Assembly: GCA_965242695.1 (NCBI GenBank)
Contig: CBDESU010000002.1
Location: forward strand, 1,536,001-1,600,000
DNA: 64,000 nt
Origin: Cenarchaeum sp.
Lineage (GTDB): Archaea; Thermoproteota; Nitrososphaeria; Nitrososphaerales; Nitrosopumilaceae
Direction of reading: 5' to 3'
The notes below the pieces were generated by a model, which worked only from the letters and a program-made list of their open reading frames with translations, had not been told where the DNA came from and did no database searches. Shown here in pieces: positions 40,901-47,988 of this stretch; position 1 is the stretch's first letter; every line of letters starts with the position of its first letter. The translations under genes and the position numbers were made by a program.

Positions 40901-42068
40901 CGTGGGCCGCAACCAGACGGGGACGATCACGCTTGCGGTCGACCTGGTGGGGGCGAGCGGCGCCGCCGGCATCGACCCGCCGCGGTTTGCGGCAGACGAG
41001 ATACCCGTCGCATCCGGCCTGACCGTGCAGACCGTCCTGGTCGCGCAGACGCGGCCGCCGCCGGTCAGCATCGAGCCGGACGGCTTTACCCGGGCAATCG
41101 ACGGCACCGCGGCCGGCGCGGCGGCGCGCTTGGCGATTAACGTGACGGCGCTGGCCGGCACATCCGGCGCGCCGGGCACGGCCACGTTCCCCGAAGAGGC
41201 CGTCACGCTGACGGCCTCGTTCGGCGCGGTGACGTTCCCGCCGGGCGCCACGGCAATGTCCGTCCCCGCCGCTGGCGCGCTCTACCTGTACGTGGACGAC
41301 GGCGGGACTTCCGACGAGGCTGCCACCGCCGCCCTGGCACATCCAAACTCTGGCGGAATGGTGCTGCGAACGATCGTCGAGGCCGGCGGCAACGGCGACG
41401 GCCGCATCACATTCGACATGCCCGTCCGCATATCCCTTGACGGCCAGGCCGGCGGCCGCGCGTTCTACATTGAGGGCGGGGCGGACGGCGCGATTGTGCC
41501 GATCGACCTGGCATGCGCAGCAGACGACACGGAGAGGGTTCACCGGCAGCTCGGCGGCTCGGGCGAGTGCCGGATCGAGTCGGGAGGCGACATGGTCATA
41601 CACACGTACCACCTGACGCGGTTCGGCACCGCCGCATCCGAACGCGGCACGCCGCCGCCAGTCGACCATACGTGCTCGATGCGCCTCGGCTCGGAGCGCC
41701 TGGATGCGCAGGCCCGCCCCGGCGACTATTCCAATGCGGCCGAGCAGGCCGTGACAAATTCGGGATCACTGTCGTTCTCAAGCGTCGAGCTCGGGGCGAC
41801 ACCGTGGTCCGTCACTCCACTCCCAGGCGCACCCGTCCAGAACGCCACGTCGTCGCTGCCAGCCAACAGCACCTTGATGAGCGCGGTCGGATCGGATGCG
41901 GGATTCGCCCCGCTGCCGGCAGGCGGCGCTTCCGTGGCGCACGGACTTGGCGGCGGCCTAGAAGTACCGCTGTGGTTCATGCTCAACCTGACGGGGCACG
42001 CCCAAGTGGAGGGCGCCGAGCTCGCGCAGCGCGTCGAGTACACGGCCGAGTGCGCCGGCGCCGGGTAG
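34920..42068 (+). CDS. Giant secreted Ig-like repeat surface protein (adhesin-like); true start probably ATG 34798 across a G11 frameshift
   Basis: h-region and AHA cleavage site; about nine ~127-aa repeats (LETGATDR.A.Y...F.YTV..GD...DLDY....L..NGGTIRDAAGNDADL.L); further repeats ending ...D.AGN; Cys-containing C-terminal domain. Confidence 0.88.
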   Translation: MPVLALVAAALALAATVGAPPAAHAHTTAATGEVTACSETTGTSTISSIDFTSDDGTYGIGDTIGIRVTTTENTAGDDSHKHVMGHTLVKLETGNTDRFAEYSRHTGGTSNIIDYTYTVQAGDVSSDLDYHSRTALFWTIRHGGLDWQPTDVHDTIFNCQLPATGGAGSLAHGNAIVVDGIAPEAQSVTSSTADGTYGKGETITVQVSFNDAVTVDTTGGTPTIQLETGATDRNATYNAAASTTTVLAFLYTVQPGDTASDLDYKNTLALSTNGGTIQDAAGNNATLTLKEPGISGSLGHSKAIIIDTPPAVSSVTSQTANGSYKAQSTIVVQVEFDEPVTVDTAGGTPTIQLETGATDRDVAYDASASTSTVLAFSYTVQQGDAASDLDYTGTTALSLNGGTIQNAQGDDADLALKEPGDPGSLGASKDIIIDTADPTVSSVTSSSADDSYKAQSTIVVQVEFDEPVTVDTAGGTPTIQLETGATDRDVAYDASASTSTVLAFSYTVQQGDAASDLDYTGTTALSLNGGTIRDAAGNDADLELEDPGTSGSLGHSKAIVVDTAAPTVSSVTSSSADDSYKAQSTIVVQVEFDEAVTVVTTGGTPTIQLETGATDRDVAYDASASTSTVLAFSYTVQPGDAASDLDYTGTTALSLNGGTIRDAAGNDADLELEDPGTSGSLGHSKAIVVDTADPTVSSVTSSSAAASYLEGSTIVVQVEFDEAVTVVTTGGTPTIQLETGATDRNATYSAADSTSTVLAFSYTVQPGDAASDLDYTGTTALSLNGGTIRDAAGNDADLELDPPGTDGLLDSGTILVDAVQPTVDSASSTTQPGTYPIGSSIVVTVTFSEDVAVVTAGGTPSIALNTGAAGRYAVYDAGASTARTLAFAYTVTEGDDTADLDYNSTAAILRNGGTIRDAAGNDADLELDPPGTDGLLDSGTIRLEAVRPAVDSASSTTEPGTYPIGSPIVVTVTFSEDVTVVTAGGTPSIALNTGAAGRYAVYDAGASTARTLAFAYTVTEGDDTADLDYSAAAVIVRNGGTIRDAAGNDADLELDPPGTDGLLDSGTIHLEAVRPAVEYVYSEKDNDLYPVDTVIDVRVKLGEEVIVDNSSGTPSIRLETGTTDRNATFAGGNNSDTLVFTYTVRQGDETDDLNYTGTTALSTNGGTIRDAAGNDADLELPEWGAGDTLGERKDIAIDTAAPVVLSAEAEFLDRIRVTFDDSVASGSLNASAGWSISGPSVANLSIAALEPVPASAPRDNIVFMLNDTLPNTAPDLELSYDAGAGGIRDEAGNLLQDTTGIVVADRIRPNILEPLITGNREITIDYTEPVAASPGAYSGLEIGGDARQLDPHDTAPLSRHVITFDGEPAPVPEPPSSMTVNGTAVVDGADPPNPLGDDILTVDILDGRVLDVFSSRITGPDTAVIAYTRSAEAPLEAYSSLVVGGQNRTITGLDGGDAGAGSHFHTLTFLPGGAPPNATGSVAIDGTAVVSPGLDMRLGNGTVQHTLADGQSPSVLGATAVSLDTIRVLFSEPVLAPGAGAGGWSVSGRDAEGLAVASSQDAAEPADSLDLTLGGDLPDTAPDAITLSYRPADGGSVEDAAGNDLVASSTSVADGIVPEVRSAAVSGPNEAEVRYTEPVWAAPGAYASVTLSSGDEPRAVVWEGNGTGTHTVSFGGNPAGPDATGSLGVDAAAVRDAAGHALAAGGAIALADGQSPSVLGATAVSLDTIRVLFSEPVAAPGTGAGGWSVSGRDAAGLAVASSQDAAEPADSLDLTLGGDLPDAAPDGVVISYDPADGNVADPAGNEPAASSADVADGIAPEVRSAFVAGPNAAEVRYTEPVWAAPGAYASVTLSSGGGLRVVSSLAGNGTAVHTVAFGGEPAGPGETGVLEMDATAVRDAARLPLGTDAALQLDLAGAAPQPGNATARAVFTASNVATITYSAALGPPAGHDGPVYTAVAINGEGAASAASTRPVSGVEGLGTAVHAVAFGGDGVGRNQTGTITLAVDLVGASGAAGIDPPRFAADEIPVASGLTVQTVLVAQTRPPPVSIEPDGFTRAIDGTAAGAAARLAINVTALAGTSGAPGTATFPEEAVTLTASFGAVTFPPGATAMSVPAAGALYLYVDDGGTSDEAATAALAHPNSGGMVLRTIVEAGGNGDGRITFDMPVRISLDGQAGGRAFYIEGGADGAIVPIDLACAADDTERVHRQLGGSGECRIESGGDMVIHTYHLTRFGTAASERGTPPPVDHTCSMRLGSERLDAQARPGDYSNAAEQAVTNSGSLSFSSVELGATPWSVTPLPGAPVQNATSSLPANSTLMSAVGSDAGFAPLPAGGASVAHGLGGGLEVPLWFMLNLTGHAQVEGAELAQRVEYTAECAGAG
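35460..38515 (+). repeat. Intragenic tandem repeats of about 380 bp, several near-identical at DNA level
   Basis: The block GGCGGCACGCCGACCATACAGCTCGAGACGGG recurs at 384-bp intervals (about 35955, 36340, 36725, 37110); a second repeat subtype spans about 37380-38130. Confidence 0.92.
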
Positions 42069-42252
42069 TCCTACGCTTGCGCGCGCCGCGTCTTGGGCTG
42101 CGGGCGGCCGCGCCGGCGCGATCCGTCCCGTTCTGCAGCGCGGCCTCCGCCTCGCGCGGGTTTGAATGTCGGGCGGGTGGAATTGACCCCTCCGCCCCTG
42201 CCCGCGGCCCCCGATGGCAGGATTTATATGCCCGCCAGAGCGAGGCGCGCCG

Positions 42253-42360
42253 ATGGCCAAGTCGTCCAAGATACCGCGGGTAAAGCTAGGCGAGTCGCTC
42301 TATGCCGCAGAGCCTCTTCCTGTCAAGGGCAAGCCCATCATACCGATGGAAGATGACTGA
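42253..42360 (+). CDS. Small peptide (35 aa) upstream of a membrane-protein gene
   Basis: MAKSSKIPRVKLGESLYAAEPLPVKGKPIIPMEDD*; TTTATAT box about 25 nt upstream; stop overlaps the next ATG (42353). Confidence 0.4.
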   Translation: MAKSSKIPRVKLGESLYAAEPLPVKGKPIIPMEDD

Positions 42361-42942
42361 CATTACCATATCTATTTTCTGTTTTTCGCGCTTCCCTGCT
42401 TCCTGACACTTCTTTTGATACGCCACACTGCGCCGTACAAGAGGGTGCTGACGCAGACGGAGTTTGTCTTCTACAGCCTGGCATGCAGCGTGCCTAGCTA
42501 CCTGACTGCCGCGTTGCACGTGGGCATGCTCGGCACTGCCGCCGCCTCGTCCCGCACATCGACCCCGGTCCTTGTCGTTCTTGTTCAGGGTGCAGCTGCC
42601 GCGCTGTACGGGGTGGCAGTAGGGCTTGCCGCAAAGGTGACGTGGAGGCGCCTAGTGAACCGGTATACTCCCTGGTACGGATTCATGTTGAATGCTAGGG
42701 GGAGGTACGTGATCGTGCACACGACGTCATCGGGGCGGTACTATGGCCGAGTCAGGCGGGCGTCGGACGACGACGAGCCGCGCAGGGAGATCGTGCTCGG
42801 AAACCCGGTGCGGCTTGGCAAGGGCGGCTCTCGGGTCAACACGGGGACGGAAATTTTGTTCAGCGAGGGCGAAATTGCCAGGGTTGTCGTAGTGCGGTTC
42901 GACGAGGTTCCTGATGCCGAGCCCCCGCCGGACATGCGCTGA
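42353..42942 (+). pseudogene. DUF6338-like membrane protein with a 1-nt frameshift near the start
   Basis: MTDITISIF joins LFFALPCFLTLLLIRH...TQTEFVFYSL if one T is added to the run at 42375-42378; C-terminal YVIVHTTSSGRYYG...REIVLGNP...ILFSEGEIARV. Confidence 0.5.
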
Positions 42943-43234
42943 TGCGCCATACGCGTGCATTCATTCGAGCCCCCTGATGCCTGTGCGCCCTCGCCACCGC
43001 CATGCGCGCTGCCTTGATCTGGATGGCGTAGGGGGGGGAGTTGAACCCGATGCCAAGGTGGCGCTGTCCGGCGCGGCTTCGTCCGACAGGCTGTCGGGCG
43101 GCGGGCATGGGATCTGGATCCCACTCCCTCCACCAAGCCGCAGGGCGCCCGCCGTCGGCCAGGCTGCGATGCCTGCCGCCCCGATATGGCTTTCTGGGCC
43201 ATGGGTTTTATTGAGGGCCGTCCGGGCCGGGCCG

Positions 43235-44707
43235 ATGGGCGCTAGTGGACCGCGGCGGGCCGCGGCCGGGCCTTGGGCCTCGCCGCGCACGATGCTGCTA
43301 GCGCTTGCCGCCGCCTCGATCCTCGCGCCGCTTGCCGCCGTTGCGCACGGCGAGCCGGGGACGGCCGCGGTGTCCTACGGCGGCACAGAGTACGCAGTTG
43401 CATACGACACGGCCGGCGTGTCAGTCGACGCGGCGTCAGTCGACGAGGCGTTTGCGGCGCTCATTTTTGACGTGCGGGTCGACGGGCCGGGGCCCGGCAC
43501 GCTAGAGGTCGTACTCGAGAGGTCCCTGATCGACGCGCGCGACGGGGACGGCCAGGAAGACATCGAGTTCATTGTCATCTACGACGGGGGCGAGGAGACT
43601 GCCGTCGAGGAGATCGAGACGACGGATGCGAGCCGGACGATCAGGTTCTCTCTGCCGGCCGGCTCCGATGATGTCACCGTAATAGGAACGGACCTGGGGG
43701 GAGGCGGAGTCGCCGCGCCCCCAGCCGAGCCGGCACCGGCCGACGATCCACCGGCGCCCCCAGCCGAGCCGGCACCGACCGACGATCCACCGGCACCGCC
43801 GGGGCAGGATCCGCCGGCCCAAGAGCCGTTCATGGAGCCCGGCGCGGATCCCGTAGAGGACTATGTAAAGCGCTACGCGACCGAGCCCGCGTACGCGGCC
43901 TGGTTCGACGAGAACTTTGGCGGGCAGTACGGCTCGATATGCGAGGCGGTCGGGCTCGGCGAAGGATGCGTCGAGGAGTACAGCGCGGCGGCGGCCGCAG
44001 CCGCAGCGGCCGAGGCGGCCGCCGTTGCCGAGCAGATGCAGCAGGCGCCGCCGTCGGCTCCCTCGGGACCGGAAAGCTTTGTCGATCCGGCCGCCAACCC
44101 GTACGAAGAGTACGTAAAGCGGTACGTGGAGGATGCCGGGTTCCGTGCGTGGTTTGACGAGTCGTACCCCGACAGGCCGTTCTGCGACGCGGTCGGCCTA
44201 GAGGACGGATGCATAGAGGTCTACAACGTGCGGGCCGCCGCGGCGGCGGAAGAGGTGGAGCGCCTGGCCCGCGAGGTCGCAGAGGCGGAGGCGGCCGCCG
44301 CAGAGGCAGAGGCCGCAGCGGCGGCCGCGGCCGCGGCCGCCGAGGCGGACGCCGCGGCCCTGCGGGCCCTAGAGGAGTCGTGCGGCGAGGGGACCGTCCT
44401 GCGGGACGGCGCATGCGTGGCCCTGCCGCCCCCGCGTGACCCTGTCGGCAGCGGCCGCGAGCTGGCGACCGGACTGGTCGCCGCGTTCGTCATTGCGCTC
44501 GCCGCCGGCGCCGCTTTCTGGCTGCTCCACCGGGCCGGCAGGCGGGGGCGGCCGCAGGAGGGAGCCGCCGAAGGCGGCGGCGCTGCGCCAGCCGGCCCCG
44601 GCGCCGGAATGGCCGCCGCTTCTGTGCCGTCCGGCGGCTGGGGCGCCGCGCCGCGGGGCGGCGATGCGGGCGACGACGAGCCGCGCGGCCGCGGCACGAT
44701 AGTCTAG
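43235..44707 (+). CDS. Membrane-anchored surface protein: PEFG-type N-terminal beta domain, two FVDP..YV.RY..WFD repeats, CGxGT..C motif, C-terminal TM
   Basis: Signal peptide; LERSLIDA...FIVIYDG...SRTIRFSLPAGSDDVTVIGT; SCGEGTVLRDGAC; TM ATGLVAAFVIALAAGAAFWLL; TTTTATT box before ATG 43235. Confidence 0.8.
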   Translation: MGASGPRRAAAGPWASPRTMLLALAAASILAPLAAVAHGEPGTAAVSYGGTEYAVAYDTAGVSVDAASVDEAFAALIFDVRVDGPGPGTLEVVLERSLIDARDGDGQEDIEFIVIYDGGEETAVEEIETTDASRTIRFSLPAGSDDVTVIGTDLGGGGVAAPPAEPAPADDPPAPPAEPAPTDDPPAPPGQDPPAQEPFMEPGADPVEDYVKRYATEPAYAAWFDENFGGQYGSICEAVGLGEGCVEEYSAAAAAAAAAEAAAVAEQMQQAPPSAPSGPESFVDPAANPYEEYVKRYVEDAGFRAWFDESYPDRPFCDAVGLEDGCIEVYNVRAAAAAEEVERLAREVAEAEAAAAEAEAAAAAAAAAAEADAAALRALEESCGEGTVLRDGACVALPPPRDPVGSGRELATGLVAAFVIALAAGAAFWLLHRAGRRGRPQEGAAEGGGAAPAGPGAGMAAASVPSGGWGAAPRGGDAGDDEPRGRGTIV

Positions 44708-44717
44708 CGCGCAGCAT

Positions 44718-45236
44718 CTAGCACGAAAAGGCGCCGCCCGGGCTCATCGCCTCGTAGAAGTCCGCGGCGGGGTACGTCCGCGACGTCTCGAGCGGTATGA
44801 ACCCGAGGAGGGGAACGGTGGCGGACACGGCTACCTCCATCCTGGCGGGGTCGAGCCTGACGTCGACCATGCCTCCCATCTGGCTGTCCATGTGCAGGAA
44901 CATGTACTGCGACTCGGCGTACATCTCGGAGGCGAACCGCCCGCCGAGCTCGACTGCCTCGTACGGCGGCAGCGTGGCCGCCGGCGTCCGGTACGTCCCC
45001 TTTAGGTCGCCCTGGTAGTAGGTCGCGATCTCGATGCCGCTTACAGTGGCGGGGAGCGGGGCCGCGTTGCACGCCTCGATCGCCCCGCCGTTGCTCAGCC
45101 CGAACATGCTAAACTCCTCGCCGCCGGCGGCCCTCAGCTGCACGTGATCGAACGCGGCCAGGCTCCACGCGGCGTACGCGGGCGGGGCCGCTATGGCTAG
45201 GGCAGCCGCTATGGCGACGGCCAGGCGGGCGTCCAA
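44718..45236 (-). CDS. Conserved thaumarchaeal secreted/membrane hypothetical protein
   Basis: N-terminal TM, IEACNAAPLP, QYMFLHMD, VRLDP, PLLGFIP, C-terminal FSC; I recall this pattern from Nitrosopumilus hypotheticals. Confidence 0.7.
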   Translation of the reverse strand: MDARLAVAIAAALAIAAPPAYAAWSLAAFDHVQLRAAGGEEFSMFGLSNGGAIEACNAAPLPATVSGIEIATYYQGDLKGTYRTPAATLPPYEAVELGGRFASEMYAESQYMFLHMDSQMGGMVDVRLDPARMEVAVSATVPLLGFIPLETSRTYPAADFYEAMSPGGAFSC

Positions 45237-45253
45237 CGCGGCGCGGCACCCCC

Positions 45254-45982
45254 TCACACGACGATCACGCCGGCGCGCAGGAGGTACTGGAGGCTCGCGC
45301 CGTACGCATCGTCGTCTATCATGCCGTCGACCCACCACTGCGCGCCCTGCTTGACCCATGCGGGTATGGACACGGGCGATCCATCCTCGACGTCCGCCCC
45401 TGCCGCATCCGCCTCCTCCGCCCCAGCCCCGGCGCCGACGTCGATGATCCCGCTCCTGATCAGGTATCCGATCGACGACGCGTACGTCTCGTCGCCTATC
45501 CTGTCGGCGGTCCACAGCCTCGTGGTGTCCCTTATCCAGGACGGTATGACGATCCTGCCCGAGTCTAGCAGCGTAAACTCCGCCTCGTCCGATGCGCCGC
45601 CGTACTCGATGCGCAGCGTGTACAGGCCGGTCGGGTAGGGCGCGTCGGGGTACTGCTCTGGCGGCGGGCTGAACGGGGCCGGCGACGTCGAGACCGTCCG
45701 GGCGCCCGCGAGCGGGATGGGCACGGGCGAGCTGGTCCTGCCGTTCTCGTGGGTGATGTAGAGGTACGCGACATCTCCGCCGCCCGCGCCTGGCGCGCCT
45801 ACAGTGAACGACAGGTGGTCGCCGTAGTAGTACACCTCGCTCGATGCCTCTATGGAGACGGATCGCCCCGGCTCGCCCTCGGCAGCCTCCGCGGCGGGGG
45901 CGGCGGTTAGGGACAGGGCGGCAACGGCGGCGGCGAGCAGCGCCGCGCCGGCGGTAGGACCCGCCGCCCTGAAGCGTCCCAC
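45254..45982 (-). CDS. Secreted protein with two thaumarchaeal IPxW(I/V)K/R..WW..G.I.D...YLI..GII C-terminal repeats
   Basis: IPSWIRDTTRLWTADRIGDETYASSIGYLIRSGII and IPAWVKQGAQWWVDGMIDDDAYGASLQYLLRAGVI; signal peptide after GTG 45982; TATTTAT box upstream. Confidence 0.8.
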   Translation of the reverse strand: MGRFRAAGPTAGAALLAAAVAALSLTAAPAAEAAEGEPGRSVSIEASSEVYYYGDHLSFTVGAPGAGGGDVAYLYITHENGRTSSPVPIPLAGARTVSTSPAPFSPPPEQYPDAPYPTGLYTLRIEYGGASDEAEFTLLDSGRIVIPSWIRDTTRLWTADRIGDETYASSIGYLIRSGIIDVGAGAGAEEADAAGADVEDGSPVSIPAWVKQGAQWWVDGMIDDDAYGASLQYLLRAGVIVV

Positions 45983-46406
45983 GGCCGCACGCCGCGGATG
46001 CGCAATAAATACCGCGGCGCGGCGAGGTGGTACCGCGAGCGCGGCAAAGCGCGACATCGGGGGATGCCGGCATCGATGCCGCGCGACGGCCTGGGGCGCA
46101 AGGCATGCGGGTGCTATCCTCCCGCTCGGGACGAGGCGAAGCCCCAGGCCTTCGGTGGGGGGAGGGGACCGGGCGTCGCGCGGACGCACGGACCCTGCAG
46201 CGCCGTCCTGCGAATCAAGAGCACGTGAAAGCAGGCTAGTGGCCGGGGCCTTCTATAGCGACGGACTTTGCTGTGTTCATGTTGCGCTTTCTCTAGGCAT
46301 ACGGGTGACAGCGTTTGTGGGGGGCGCGTGAGGGTTGCGCGTGCCTCTTGACGATCAAAGTCAACCAGAGCTCGCCCGGACTAACTGAAGCCACCTAGAG
46401 CCGCCG

Positions 46407-46667
46407 CTATAGGTGCTTTCTTACAAGCAGGTTTCCGTATGGTGTCAGAGACAGCACCTTCATGCTCTTTCCGTGGTCCGTGAGGACTCCCTTCTTGACA
46501 AGCCTTCTCGCTAGGGAGTCAAACTTTGCCTTCTCGTGCCTATGCGACGCCATCTTTTGCCAGCCGATGCTTTTTCGTACATCATGGATGCTCCTGTACC
46601 TGCCTGCAACAAGCCCGTTTTGATGCATGCGGATGAGTATGTCCATCTCAATGCCCCTGAGATCCAC
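46407..46667 (-). CDS. Small basic winged-helix protein (86 aa)
   Basis: EMDILIRM...FDSLARRLVKKGVLTDHGKSMKVLSLTPYG matches a wHTH helix-plus-wing pattern; lower GC; divergent from the next gene across an AT-rich spacer. Confidence 0.6.
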   Translation of the reverse strand: MDLRGIEMDILIRMHQNGLVAGRYRSIHDVRKSIGWQKMASHRHEKAKFDSLARRLVKKGVLTDHGKSMKVLSLTPYGNLLVRKHL

Positions 46668-46719
46668 GCCTAGTGCCTGTCAGGCAAGCCATATATTTGA
46701 TATTTCCGGGCGCCCCCTC

Positions 46720-47283
46720 GTGGAGGTTCGCGGCGACAGGATCAACCTGCCGGTGGCATGCAACAAGTCCATGAGGCTCATCGCGGGGGGCAGCCACACC
46801 CGCGAGGCCATCTCTGCAAGAACCGGCCTCAGCGTCAAGGCGGTCGATCTCATACGGGCCGCCATGTCGCGGCAGGGCGCCACTGCCGAAAGGGGGTGGG
46901 AGTCGCTCCCCGATGCGGCAAGGTTCGCGCTCATAAAGTCCGAGTACTACCCGACCCCTACAAAGGACACCTGGATCATGGCCCGCCTCTTGGCGGACGG
47001 GGCGACGGGCCCGGGCTCGGCAGTGCGCATGCCCATGGATCGCGGCATGCGCGACCTAGTCCGATGGGGCCATGTCTGCAGGGACGACGACGGCGGCTTC
47101 TATCTGGTCGGCATGGGCCCCGGGCTGGCGCAGGAGATCCTGTCGATGTACCCAGAGATAGGGAGACCCTCGTTTTCAAAGTCGGGAGGGGCAGGGAAGA
47201 GGGCTCGCAGGCTGGTGGGGGCGGTGTCGCCCGTGGCGCCGCCTGGCGTGAAGCTGGGTCGGAAGGAGGCGCATGCACAATGA
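46720..47283 (+). CDS. Hypothetical protein with HTH and a second wHTH-like segment (187 aa)
   Basis: TREAISARTGLSVKAVDLI (HTH); GMRDLVRWGHVCRDDDGGFYLVGMG (wing); GTG start about 25 nt after ATATATTT. Confidence 0.6.
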   Translation: MEVRGDRINLPVACNKSMRLIAGGSHTREAISARTGLSVKAVDLIRAAMSRQGATAERGWESLPDAARFALIKSEYYPTPTKDTWIMARLLADGATGPGSAVRMPMDRGMRDLVRWGHVCRDDDGGFYLVGMGPGLAQEILSMYPEIGRPSFSKSGGAGKRARRLVGAVSPVAPPGVKLGRKEAHAQ

Positions 47284-47795
47284 CGCGCGTGCGCTCCATA
47301 CTGTTCGAGTGCAGCTGCTACCGTGGAAAGGCATCGCACGAGCGCTGCAGGGCGGTCGAGGAGCACGTAATGGGGTGCGTCGAGGATGCATGCGGACTGG
47401 AGTCTGCGACCATGAGGGAGCTTGACATGGGCGACGGCATTGTCCAGCCGACCGTCGAGCTCGTGTATTCCAAGGGAAACTATCGCAAGCTCATCCCGAT
47501 GGCCGACGAGGCGCTGCGCGAGATCGGGATCGTGGCGGTCAAGGCACTCGTGTCTAGCGTGGCATCGCACGCAGTAGAAGGCGTCATTGCGGGCGCGGGC
47601 GCGGGATGGCTGGCAGGAAGCGCCGCGGCGCGCGGGTCAAGCGGCGGCCGAACCGACGCCGCCGTGCTGGCCGGAACGGTGATCGGCGCTGCACTCGGGG
47701 CGATCGGCGGAAGTCTGGCCAAGGAGAGGTCGCTGAGCCATGTCGCCACAAGGCACGCCGGCGGGTGGGCCGTCAAGAACTTCCCGACAACATGA
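47280..47795 (+). CDS. Glycine-zipper membrane protein (171 aa)
   Basis: ATGA overlap with the upstream gene; soluble N-domain, then GVIAGAGAGWLAG and LAGTVIGAALGAIGG (GxxxG zippers). Confidence 0.7.
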   Translation: MTRVRSILFECSCYRGKASHERCRAVEEHVMGCVEDACGLESATMRELDMGDGIVQPTVELVYSKGNYRKLIPMADEALREIGIVAVKALVSSVASHAVEGVIAGAGAGWLAGSAAARGSSGGRTDAAVLAGTVIGAALGAIGGSLAKERSLSHVATRHAGGWAVKNFPTT

Positions 47796-47988
47796 CGGCG
47801 CCGGCCGCGCGGCATGCGAAACGCCTCGGGCCTCCAAGGCCGCCGCGCAGCACATGCCGGCTGCCTGGCGGGCCGCTCGCTGCGCGGCGCCGACTGGCCG
47901 GCTCTGGGAGCTGCGCGGCGCCGGCCGATCCCGAGCTGCGCCGCGGGCCGGGCTAATCGCTATAAGCCCGTGCCGTGCGGCCAAGCCC

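Noticed and set aside
42346-42360. TGA at 42358 as read-through or selenocysteine in the membrane protein
   Set aside because: Better explained as the stop of a 35-aa upstream ORF overlapping the true ATG (42353), with a T-run frameshift just downstream.
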